From: an uncultured Ruminococcus sp.
GTDB lineage: Bacteria; Bacillota; Clostridia; Oscillospirales; CAG-272
Reading direction: 5' to 3'
Length of the DNA: 64,000 nt
NCBI GenBank assembly: GCA_964558485.1
Contig: CAZLED010000002.1
Location: forward strand, 16,853 to 80,852
Made by a program: the position numbers and the translations under genes. This document shows positions 56,128-64,000 of the stretch, piece after piece. The notes under the pieces were generated by a model, which worked only from the letters and a program-made list of their open reading frames with translations, ran no database searches and was not told where the DNA came from. Position 1 is the stretch's first letter. The number at the start of each line of letters is the position of its first letter.

Positions 56128-58452
56128 ATGAAAAAACAGATCACCGGGCTGTCGTTCAAGATCCAGGAAATGGCAGGCCGTATCAAGGAGCTGCGGGAGA
56201 TCGAAGGATTTTCTACGGCCGATATGGCATCCAAGACCGGCGTGACCGAAGCCGAATACATCGCCTGTGAAGCAGGACTGGACGACCTGAACTTTGCCTT
56301 TATCTATCGTTGTGCCCTGGCGCTGGGCGTGGACGTGACCGATATCATCGAAGGGCAGTCTCCCACATTGGCCGGTTACACCGTGACCAGACGTGGCGAA
56401 GGGCAGGAGATCAACCACGCCCACGGGATGACCTACTACAATATGGCGCCTTCCTTCAAGAACCGTATCTCGGAGCCTTTGTATGTGGAAATGGAATACG
56501 ACGAAGAAGCTGCCAGAGCCGATATCGAAATGACCACCCACGAGGGACAGGAATGCGATATTGTCATCGAAGGGACCCTGAAGGTGCAGGTGGGCGAGCA
56601 TAAGGAGATCCTGCACGCCGGGGACACCATCTACTACGACTCCTCGATCCCCCACGGCATGGTGGCGGTGGAAGGGCAGAAGTGCGTGTTCTACGCCATC
56701 GTGCTCAATCCGTCCGGTGCGCCTGTGGAAGAATTCTCCATTCCCGGTGCCGAGACCACCCAGACGCCACGCCGGATCGGCAAGCCGGAGAGCGAACGGA
56801 TCTACAAGCGGTTCATCTCTGTGACCAAGGACGACAACGGCACACCCACCAAGATCACCTTCCAGAACGCCGACAAGTTCAACTTTGCCTTTGATCTGGT
56901 GGACGCTATGGGGACCGAAAAGCCCGATAAGCTGGTTATGCAGTACGTGGGCAACGACCTGACCGACCGGAAGTTCACCTTTGCCGACATCATGCACGGC
57001 TCCGCACGGTGCGCCAACTACTTCACCGCACTGGGCATCCGCAAAGGCGACCGGGTTATGCTGGTGTTGAAGCGGCACTGGCAGTATTGGTATGCCATGA
57101 TCGGTCTGAACAAGATCGGTGCCATCGCCATTCCGGCTACCAACCAGCTTTTGTCCCACGACTTTACCTATCGGTTTGAAGCCGCCGGTGTGTCTGCCAT
57201 CCTGTGTACCGCCGACGGAGACACCGCACACCAGGTGGATATCGCCATGGCAGACTACCAAAAGCCCATGACCAAGATTCTGGTCTGTGGTGGTACGGCT
57301 GGGGAAGAAAGCCCGGTACAGCGGGAAGGCTGGCACGACTTCAACAGCGAATACAGTATGTACAGCAGCCACTACGACCGGCGGGACGATTCTCCCTGCG
57401 GCGACGAACCGCTGCTGGCCTTCTTCACCTCCGGTACCACCGGCTACCCGAAGATCGCACTGCACAACCACAAGTATCCTCTGGGGCATTTTCATACGGC
57501 AAAATATTGGCACTGCGTAGACCCGGACGGCTTGCACTTCACCATCTCCGATACCGGCTGGGCAAAGTCCATGTGGGGCAAGCTGTACGGCCAGTGGCTG
57601 TGTGAAGCGGCCACCTTTGTGTACGACTTTGACCGGTTCGATGCTTCTCACATCCTGCCCATGTTTGGCAAGTACCATATCACCACCTTCTGCGCACCGC
57701 CGACCATGTATCGGATGCTGATCAAGGACGACCTGTCCGGCTATGATTTCTCCAGCTTAGAGCACGCCACCACCGCCGGGGAAGCCCTGAATCCGGAGGT
57801 ATACAAGCGGTTCGAGGAAGCTACCGGATTGCAGATCATGGAAGGTTTTGGTCAGTCCGAGACCACCTGCATGATCGGGAACCTGACCGGCGCACCCCAC
57901 AAGATCGGCTCTATGGGTCGGCCCTGTCCCATCTACGACATCCACCTGCTGGACAGCGACGGCAAGGATGTACCGGATGGGGAAAACGGCGAGATCTGTA
58001 TCCGTGTGGCAGACGGCGCACCCTGCGGTCTGTTCATGGGCTATTACCGGGACGAAGAGAAGACGAAGGAATGCTGGCACGACGGATACTACCATACCGG
58101 CGACCTGGCATGGCGTGACGAAGATGGGTTCCTGTGGTACGTAGGCCGGGCCGACGACGTGATCAAGTCCTCCGGCTACCGGATCGGGCCCTTCGAGATC
58201 GAGAACGTGATCATGGAGCTGCCGTACGTGCTGGAATGTGGCGTATCGGCCGCACCGGATGAGATCCGTGGTCAGGTGGTCAAGGCATCGATCGTGCTGA
58301 CCAAGGGCACAGAGGGCACCGAGGAATTGAAGAAGGAGATCCAGAACTACGTGAAAAAGAACACGGCACCGTACAAGTACCCCCGGATCGTGGTATTCCG
58401 GGACGAGCTGCCGAAGACGGTCTCCGGCAAGATCATGCGCAACAAACTTTGA
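56128..58452 (+). CDS. Fusion protein: XRE-type HTH + cupin domain + AMP-forming acyl-CoA synthetase/ligase (ACSM-like)
   Basis: Single open frame (part of ORF 55780..58452), start ATG 56128 with AAAGGAACGAGAAGC upstream. HTH IKELREIEGFSTADMASKTGVTEAEYIACE. Cupin HEGQECDIVIEGTLKVQVGEH...GDTIYYDSSIPHG. Ligase motifs FTSGTTGYPK, YHTGDLAWRDEDGFLWYVGRADDVIKSSGYRIGPFEIE and PKTVSGKIMR. Confidence 0.8.
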   Translation: MKKQITGLSFKIQEMAGRIKELREIEGFSTADMASKTGVTEAEYIACEAGLDDLNFAFIYRCALALGVDVTDIIEGQSPTLAGYTVTRRGEGQEINHAHGMTYYNMAPSFKNRISEPLYVEMEYDEEAARADIEMTTHEGQECDIVIEGTLKVQVGEHKEILHAGDTIYYDSSIPHGMVAVEGQKCVFYAIVLNPSGAPVEEFSIPGAETTQTPRRIGKPESERIYKRFISVTKDDNGTPTKITFQNADKFNFAFDLVDAMGTEKPDKLVMQYVGNDLTDRKFTFADIMHGSARCANYFTALGIRKGDRVMLVLKRHWQYWYAMIGLNKIGAIAIPATNQLLSHDFTYRFEAAGVSAILCTADGDTAHQVDIAMADYQKPMTKILVCGGTAGEESPVQREGWHDFNSEYSMYSSHYDRRDDSPCGDEPLLAFFTSGTTGYPKIALHNHKYPLGHFHTAKYWHCVDPDGLHFTISDTGWAKSMWGKLYGQWLCEAATFVYDFDRFDASHILPMFGKYHITTFCAPPTMYRMLIKDDLSGYDFSSLEHATTAGEALNPEVYKRFEEATGLQIMEGFGQSETTCMIGNLTGAPHKIGSMGRPCPIYDIHLLDSDGKDVPDGENGEICIRVADGAPCGLFMGYYRDEEKTKECWHDGYYHTGDLAWRDEDGFLWYVGRADDVIKSSGYRIGPFEIENVIMELPYVLECGVSAAPDEIRGQVVKASIVLTKGTEGTEELKKEIQNYVKKNTAPYKYPRIVVFRDELPKTVSGKIMRNKL

Positions 58453-58477
58453 AAAAGGGGCTTGTCCCCTTTTTTTG
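58452..58477 (+). terminator. Rho-independent terminator
   Basis: AAAAAGGGGC-ttgt-CCCCTTTTTTT immediately after the stop codon. Confidence 0.75.
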
Positions 58478-58744
58478 TGCAAATCCCCACGTGGTGGGTT
58501 GTACTGACGCACGGCGCACAGTGTACGGAGTGGTGGTTTCCATATAGAAAAACGTGATTCCCATAAAGAAATCCGACAAAACCATACGTCAGCCACTACT
58601 CCGACCGTTTTGTGTGAAGCCGAACATACGCCACAGACCAACGTTGCACCCACCAGACACCATACGTCTTGCACCCCGTAGCCCTGCGGCAGCGTGATCA
58701 AAAATTGAAAACCAGCCCAACACCAGTGTGAAAAATTTTTTTGA

Positions 58745-58792
58745 AATACTTTTCCAAAAAGTATTGACAAATCCCCACGGGTGTGGTATCAT
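58745..58792 (+). promoter_or_regulatory. Promoter of the amino-acid ABC operon with an overlapping palindromic operator candidate
   Basis: TTGACA (58764-58769), 17-nt spacer ending TGG, TATCAT (58787-58792). The perfect palindrome AATACTTTT-cca-AAAAGTATT (58745-58765) abuts and overlaps the -35. Confidence 0.55.
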
Positions 58793-58902
58793 AGTATTAC
58801 TTTAGTGCGATAAAGCATTAAAACACTGAAAACCAACAAGGAAACGTGAAAATGTGTGTGTCGCTTCCTTGCAAACTTTGATAGGCTCAAGGAGAATATA
58901 TC

Positions 58903-59673
58903 ATGAAAAAACTGCTTTCTTGTATTTTGGCTGGTATGCTGCTGGCTTGCTGCACCTCTTGTGGTGGCAATACCGCTACCATTGCAGACGTGCAGGCTGT
59001 GAAGGACGCCGGCAAAATGGTCATCGGGATCACCGAATATGCACCCATGAACTACCAGGAAGACGGCAAGTGGACCGGCTTTGATACCGAGTTCGCAGAA
59101 GCCGTTTGCGCCAAGCTGGGCGTTACCGCTGAATTCATCGTTATCGACTGGGACAACAAGATCCTGGAGCTGGACTCCGGTTCTATCGACGCCGTCTGGA
59201 ACGGTATGACCATCACCGATGAAGTCCGCAACGGTATGGAAGTTTCCGATGCCTATGTGAAGAACGCACAGGTCGTTGTGCTCAAGGATGCCGCAAACTA
59301 TGCCGACGTGGCTTCCGTGTCTGAACTGTCCTTCGCTGTAGAAGCCGGTTCTGCCGGAGAAGCTGTTGCCGCCGATTCCGGTTTTGCCAATGTTACCGCC
59401 GTTGTTGACCAGGCTACCGCACTGATGGAAGTGGCCTCCGGTTCCGTGGATGCCTGCATCATCGACATCACCATGGCAAACGCTATGACCGGCGAAGGCA
59501 CCAGCTATCCCGATCTGGGCTACAGCCTGGAGCTGAGCACCGAAGAATACGGCATCGGCTTCCGCAAGGGCTCTGACCTGGCCGCCGAAGTCAACGCCAT
59601 CATGGTGGAGCTGACCGCCGATGGTACCCTGCCTGCTCTGGCTGCCAAGTACAACCTGACGCTGGCGAAGTAA
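58903..59673 (+). CDS. Polar amino acid ABC transporter substrate-binding lipoprotein (family 3)
   Basis: SD AAGGAG. Lipobox LLACCTSCGG. Blocks GITEYAPMNYQ, GFDTEFA and DAVWNGMTIT typical of family-3 SBPs. Confidence 0.9.
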   Translation: MKKLLSCILAGMLLACCTSCGGNTATIADVQAVKDAGKMVIGITEYAPMNYQEDGKWTGFDTEFAEAVCAKLGVTAEFIVIDWDNKILELDSGSIDAVWNGMTITDEVRNGMEVSDAYVKNAQVVVLKDAANYADVASVSELSFAVEAGSAGEAVAADSGFANVTAVVDQATALMEVASGSVDACIIDITMANAMTGEGTSYPDLGYSLELSTEEYGIGFRKGSDLAAEVNAIMVELTADGTLPALAAKYNLTLAK

Positions 59674-59808
59674 TTGTGACGATCACCTAAAATATACGAC
59701 CGCAGACGGTGCTTTTTCCGGTGAGAAGGGTGCTGTCTGCGGTATATGTATGTTCACGCAGAACCGTATCGGTTTGCGTATCCCATTTTTGTAGCGAGGT
59801 ATGTATTG

Positions 59809-60480
59809 ATGTTCTGGCCTGTGACCCTGAGTCTTTTGGAGGGGTTTGGTTCCACTCTGAAGCTTTTTGCCCTGACGCTGGTCTTTTCTTTGCCACTGGG
59901 GCTGCTCATTTGCTTTGGTTCTATGAGCAAGTGGCAGATCCGGATCCGGAATTTTTCCATCCGTCCCCTGGGTGCCCTGATGAAGACCTTTGTCTGGATC
60001 ATCCGTGGTACGCCCCTGATGCTGCAGCTCATCGTGATCTATTATGGGCCGGGGCTCATGTTTGATTTGCCGCTGATGCCACGCTTTACCGCCGTGCTGG
60101 TGGCCTTTGTGATCAACTATGCCTGCTACTTCTCCGAGATCTACCGTGGCGGTATCGAGAGCATTTCCAAGGGACAGTACGAAGCCTGCCAGGTGCTGGG
60201 CATGACCAAGACCCAGACCTTTGTCCATGTGGTGCTGCTGCAGGTGGTGAAGCGCATTGTACCGCCTATGAGCAACGAGATCATCACCCTGGTGAAGGAT
60301 ACGTCCCTGGCCCGGATCATCTCCGTCTATGAGGTGATCTGGCACGCACAGGCCTACATCAAAAGCGCCGGGCTCATCTGGCCGCTGTTCTACACGGGGC
60401 TGTACTACCTGATCTTCAATGGCCTGCTGACCATTCTCTTTGGTTGGGTCGAAAAGAAAATGGACTATTTCAAAAACTGA
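59809..60480 (+). CDS. Amino acid ABC transporter permease (His/Glu/Gln/Arg/opine family)
   Basis: Start moved to MFWPVTLS (ATG 59809, GAGGTATGTATTG upstream). IRGTPLMLQLIVIYYG, and an EAA-like loop QYEACQVLGMTKTQTFVHVVLLQVVKRIVPPMSNE. Confidence 0.85.
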   Translation: MFWPVTLSLLEGFGSTLKLFALTLVFSLPLGLLICFGSMSKWQIRIRNFSIRPLGALMKTFVWIIRGTPLMLQLIVIYYGPGLMFDLPLMPRFTAVLVAFVINYACYFSEIYRGGIESISKGQYEACQVLGMTKTQTFVHVVLLQVVKRIVPPMSNEIITLVKDTSLARIISVYEVIWHAQAYIKSAGLIWPLFYTGLYYLIFNGLLTILFGWVEKKMDYFKN

Positions 60481-60494
60481 TGGAGGACGATACG

Positions 60495-61553
60495 ATGGCG
60501 ATCAAAGTTGGTATTTTGGGACTTGCCCACGGGCACGTCATGAACTATGGCAAAAAATGGATGGAGCACCCCGAATGGGATATCCAGCTGGTGGGTGGCT
60601 GGGATCACGATGCTGCCAGATGCGCACAGAGCACCGCTGCACTGGGGATCGCTGCCTACGACGATCCGGAAGCACTGCTGGCTGACGTGGATGCCGTGGT
60701 GATCTCTTCGGAGACCTCGTACCACGTGACTCTGACCGAGCTGGCTGCCGCTCATGGGAAGGACATCATCTGCTACAAGCCCATGGCGCTGACCCTGGAC
60801 GAAGCAGACCGGATGGTGGCCGCTGTGGAAAAGGCCGGTGTGCGCTTTACCCTGGGCTACCAGATGCGTGTGGACCCCCAGAACATCAAGATGAAAGAGC
60901 TGGTGCAAAGCGGTACCATCGGCAATATCTGCCACTACCGCCGCCGCCATGGTCTGGCTACCCACACCTGGGGCAACTTCGAGGATGCATGGCACGCCAA
61001 GGAACACTACAACCGGGACATCTTCGCCGACGACAGCGCCCATCCCATCGATATGATCAACTGGATGTTCGGCGTGCCGGAGACCGTGTCCTGCGAAATG
61101 ACCACCATGGTCAACCAGAAGGTCAAGAACGACAACGGTGTGGCCCTGTTCCGCTATGCCAATGGGATGATCGCCGAGATCACCTGCTCCTTTGTGTGCG
61201 TGGCATCGGAGATCACCACCGAGATCTACGGTACCAAGGGCTCTATCCAGCAGTACTACGGTGACGCTGTGTCCACCTCTCTGCCCAGACCTGCCGGACA
61301 GCCCGGACTGAAATACTATGTGCTGGGGGACAGCGACTGGACAGACAGCGAGATCCCCAGTCCCGTGTCCCACGGCGAACGGATCGGCGCACAGGGTGAG
61401 ATCTTTGCCCAGTTCCTGCGTGGCGAGAGAGGACCGGTCTGCTCGATCTATGAAGCAAGAGATTCGCTGAAGATGGTGCTGGCCTGCTATCTGTCTGCCC
61501 GAGAAGGCCGTAGAGTGCGCATCGACGACCCGGCCCTGTACGATATCCTGTAA
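60495..61553 (+). CDS. Gfo/Idh/MocA family oxidoreductase embedded in the ABC operon
   Basis: Start moved to MAIKVGILGLAHGH (ATG 60495, GGAGGACGATACG upstream). Rossmann N-domain and typical C-domain. Lies between the permease and ATPase genes with 14-15-nt gaps. Confidence 0.85.
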   Translation: MAIKVGILGLAHGHVMNYGKKWMEHPEWDIQLVGGWDHDAARCAQSTAALGIAAYDDPEALLADVDAVVISSETSYHVTLTELAAAHGKDIICYKPMALTLDEADRMVAAVEKAGVRFTLGYQMRVDPQNIKMKELVQSGTIGNICHYRRRHGLATHTWGNFEDAWHAKEHYNRDIFADDSAHPIDMINWMFGVPETVSCEMTTMVNQKVKNDNGVALFRYANGMIAEITCSFVCVASEITTEIYGTKGSIQQYYGDAVSTSLPRPAGQPGLKYYVLGDSDWTDSEIPSPVSHGERIGAQGEIFAQFLRGERGPVCSIYEARDSLKMVLACYLSAREGRRVRIDDPALYDIL

Positions 61554-61568
61554 ACGAAGGAGAATACC

Positions 61569-62387
61569 ATGCCAATTTTGGAAGTCAAGGATTTTCGCAA
61601 AAGCTTTGGAAATGTGGAAGTCCTGAAGGGGATCGATTTTACCCTGGAAAAAGGAGAGGTGCTGGTGATCATCGGCTCCTCCGGCAGCGGCAAGACCACC
61701 CTGCTGCGGTGCCTGAATTATCTGGAGACCCCGGATCATGGGATCATGAAGGTCGGTGGAGAGACGCTGTTTGATGCGTCTGAAAAGCGAAAGCTGACCG
61801 ACCGGGAGATCCGGCAGCGCAGACTGCATTTTGGGCTGGTGTTCCAATCCTTCAATCTGTTCCCCCAGTACACGGTGCTGAAAAACGTGACCCTGGCGCC
61901 GGAGCTGTTGATGCAGGAAGAAAACGGCGGCAAAAAGATGAGCCGGGAAGAAAAGGCTGCCGCACTGGAAAAGATCCACGCAGACGCTATGGCACTGTTG
62001 GCCACGGTAGGCATGACGGAGAAGGCAGACAGCTACCCCTGCCAGCTTTCCGGTGGACAGTGTCAGCGTGTGGCCATTGCCCGTGCCCTTGCCATGTCGC
62101 CGGATATCCTGTGCTTTGACGAGCCTACCTCTGCCCTGGACCCGGAGCTGACCGGTGAGGTGCTGCGTGTGATCCGGGGACTGAAATCCACCTCCGATGG
62201 AGAAAGCGGCCGCACCATGATCGTGGTGACCCATGAGATGGCCTTTGCCCGTGGGGTCGCCGACAAGGTGATCTACATGGCCGATGGTGTCATCGAAGAA
62301 ATGGGCACCCCGGAGGAAGTCTTCGATCATCCGAAAAGCGAGAAGACGAAGCAGTTTTTGGGTGCCGGAAAAGAATTCAGTATATGA
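61569..62387 (+). CDS. Amino acid ABC transporter ATP-binding protein
   Basis: Walker [11 protein letters not shown]-loop FQSFNLF, signature LSGGQCQR, Walker [13 protein letters not shown]. An insertion ([20 protein letters not shown]) precedes the signature. Confidence 0.9.
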   Translation: MPILEVKDFRKSFGNVEVLKGIDFTLEKGEVLVIIGSSGSGKTTLLRCLNYLETPDHGIMKVGGETLFDASEKRKLTDREIRQRRLHFGLVFQSFNLFPQYTVLKNVTLAPELLMQEENGGKKMSREEKAAALEKIHADAMALLATVGMTEKADSYPCQLSGGQCQRVAIARALAMSPDILCFDEPTSALDPELTGEVLRVIRGLKSTSDGESGRTMIVVTHEMAFARGVADKVIYMADGVIEEMGTPEEVFDHPKSEKTKQFLGAGKEFSI

Positions 62388-62394
62388 CAAAGAT

Positions 62395-62440
62395 GCGCTG
62401 GCTGTACAGTCGTGTGGCTGTACAGGCGGCGCTTTTCTTT
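62395..62440 (+). terminator. Rho-independent terminator
   Basis: GCGCTGGCTGTACAG (62395-62409) pairs with CTGTACAGGCGGCGC (62418-62432) with two mismatches, followed by TTTTCTTT. Confidence 0.6.
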
Positions 62441-62485
62441 GCAAAAAAAAGCATACGACAGCCTGCGAAAACTTTTTGCCATGGC

Positions 62486-62514
62486 TTGACAGATCGGTCT
62501 GCGTGTGCTATAAT
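62486..62514 (+). promoter_or_regulatory. Sigma-70-type promoter of SBP paralogue 5
   Basis: TTGACA (62486-62491), 17-nt spacer ending TGC, TATAAT (62509-62514). Confidence 0.6.
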
Positions 62515-62547
62515 GGACAAAAATGGGTGCGAGATAGGAGATCTGAT

Positions 62548-64000
62548 ATGAAAAACGCTAAGAATATGCTGCTGGTGCTGTTGGCGGCGCTGCTGACGGC
62601 CTCTTCCTTGACGGCTTGCGGTGGCAGTGAACCGGCGACAGAATCGGAGTCGGCGGCAGATACCACAGCTGTGCCGACCGAAACAGAGACCGAGGACGAA
62701 CGGGCCCTGCAGGACGAAGTGCCGGCGCTGGATTTCGGCGGTGCGTCCTTCCGCAGCATCGTGCAGGAATCCACCAAGTACGATATTTACGTTGCGGAGG
62801 AAACCGGCGATGCACTGCCCGATGCCATCTATTACCGCAATCGGGACATTGAAGAACGCTTCGGGATCGTGATCGAAGAATCCTCTTCCGTGGTACACAA
62901 CGAATTGTCGCAGCGTGTCAAAAAATCCATCACCGCCGGGGACGACGAATTCGACCTGGTGCTGGGACAGATGGAAGAATCCGGGAAGGATGCGCAGGAA
63001 GGGATCTTCCGCAACTGGTACGACATTCCCTATGTGGATTTTGAAAAGCCCTGGTGGCCGAAGTCCATCTCTCAGGATGCTGCGACCGTCAACGGAAAGA
63101 TGTACAATACCGTCAGTGACCTGTGTGTGTCCTATGCCGAGCAGACCTGGGCGATCGTCTTCGATAAGGTGGAAGCCGAAAATTACGGTGTCGACTCTCC
63201 GTATGACCTTGTGCGTGACGGCAAATGGACCGTGGACAAGCTGCTTTCCATCACGGAGAGCATCTATACCGATGTGAACGGCGACGGTCAAAAGGATGCC
63301 GGGGACTACTATGGTTATACCTCTGCCATGAACGGCTGTCTGCTCCTGTCCTATTTCTACGGCTTCGACCAGAGACTGGCGGTGGTGGATGGACAAAATG
63401 TCAACATGATGCTGAATACGGAAAAGGCCGCCGCCATTTGTGACAAGCTCTACACCCTGCACTATGCTTCCTCCGGTACCTTTGTGCCGGCCGGTTCCAG
63501 CAATAAGGACATCTACACCTGCTTCACGGAAGGCCACACCCTGTTCTGCCCCATGCAGGTACAGCACCTGTACAGCCAGCTTCGGGAATACGAAAACGAC
63601 TTCGGGATCATCCCCATGCCCAAGTGGAACGAAGAGCAGGCAGAGTATTACTCCACCTGTGACGCCGGTGCCAATATCATGGCGATCCCGGTGACGGCTG
63701 CCAATATCGAAATGATCGGTGCTGTGGTAGAGGCATTGTCGGCCTATAGCTGGCGCACAGTGCTGCCCACCTATTACGACATCGCTTTGGGTGCAAAATC
63801 CGCACGGGACCCGGAATCGGTGGAAATGATCGACCTGGTGCTGTCCTCTCGTGTCATCGACTTTGCGTACCTGTACGACGGCTGGAGCGGCTGGGTATTC
63901 AAGCTTGCCGATTTTGTCAAGACCGAAGGCGCCTTTGCCAGCACCTACGAAAAGCACGCCAAGTCCATGCAGACCTACTATGACAAGGTGCTCGCATTCT
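62548..64000 (+). CDS. Extracellular solute-binding lipoprotein, paralogue 5 of 5; 3' end beyond the window
   Basis: Not in the ORF track because there is no stop in the window. My own translation from ATG 62548 gives MKNAKNMLLVLLAALLTASSLTACGG..., FEKPWWPKS, DVNGDGQKD, DFGIIPMPKW, open to base 64000. The listed minus-strand ORF 62377..63957 is its shadow. Confidence 0.85.
   Translation, partial: MKNAKNMLLVLLAALLTASSLTACGGSEPATESESAADTTAVPTETETEDERALQDEVPALDFGGASFRSIVQESTKYDIYVAEETGDALPDAIYYRNRDIEERFGIVIEESSSVVHNELSQRVKKSITAGDDEFDLVLGQMEESGKDAQEGIFRNWYDIPYVDFEKPWWPKSISQDAATVNGKMYNTVSDLCVSYAEQTWAIVFDKVEAENYGVDSPYDLVRDGKWTVDKLLSITESIYTDVNGDGQKDAGDYYGYTSAMNGCLLLSYFYGFDQRLAVVDGQNVNMMLNTEKAAAICDKLYTLHYASSGTFVPAGSSNKDIYTCFTEGHTLFCPMQVQHLYSQLREYENDFGIIPMPKWNEEQAEYYSTCDAGANIMAIPVTAANIEMIGAVVEALSAYSWRTVLPTYYDIALGAKSARDPESVEMIDLVLSSRVIDFAYLYDGWSGWVFKLADFVKTEGAFASTYEKHAKSMQTYYDKVLAF

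Overview
High-GC segment (about 60% GC in housekeeping genes by spot counts) from an endospore-forming Clostridia-type Firmicute. The lineage call rests on spoIIP, gpr, the DUF421/DUF4363 pair, Mini-RNase III, type II pantothenate kinase and Firmicute-style SD sites. I call about 48 protein genes and found no rRNA, tRNA or CRISPR. Content falls into six groups. (1) Carbohydrate genes: GH36 alpha-galactosidase, a GH2 enzyme, an unassigned GH-like protein, an AraC regulator, SGNH/SDR/Gfo-Idh-MocA/AroD-like enzymes, and five paralogous ~500-aa solute-binding lipoproteins with no cognate permeases (one is a deletion pseudogene, one runs off the right edge). (2) Two phosphate uptake modules: NptA-PhoU and Pit+DUF47. 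(3) A GlpA-like/FAD-NAD oxidoreductase/DUF1667 trio. (4) A MoxR/DUF58/transglutaminase operon with Lys-rich insertions. (5) Housekeeping and sporulation genes: hom, mrnC, coaW, rlmB, a sigma factor and a radical-SAM fusion. (6) A polar-amino-acid ABC operon with an embedded dehydrogenase. The best candidate for an undescribed system is an AT-rich islet at about 30.1-34.4 kb. It carries a YhcG/DUF1016 nuclease gene, a decayed gene, and a strongly promoted, translationally coupled pair at 32845-34400: a soluble ABC/AAA_21-type ATPase plus a 176-aa protein with a PD-(D/E)xK-like core. I interpret the pair as a possible new ATPase-nuclease defence module. Other points worth a second look are a canonical T-box leader in front of an XRE-cupin-acyl-CoA-ligase fusion, and a P1B-ATPase homologue whose catalytic signatures all look degenerate and which has a ~400-aa acidic tail. 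There is also a 0.9-kb gene-free but heavily structured region, a dispersed GTCAGAAGT palindromic repeat family, and an orphan promoter-to-terminator sRNA candidate. All family assignments come from motif recognition by eye; no database search was run.
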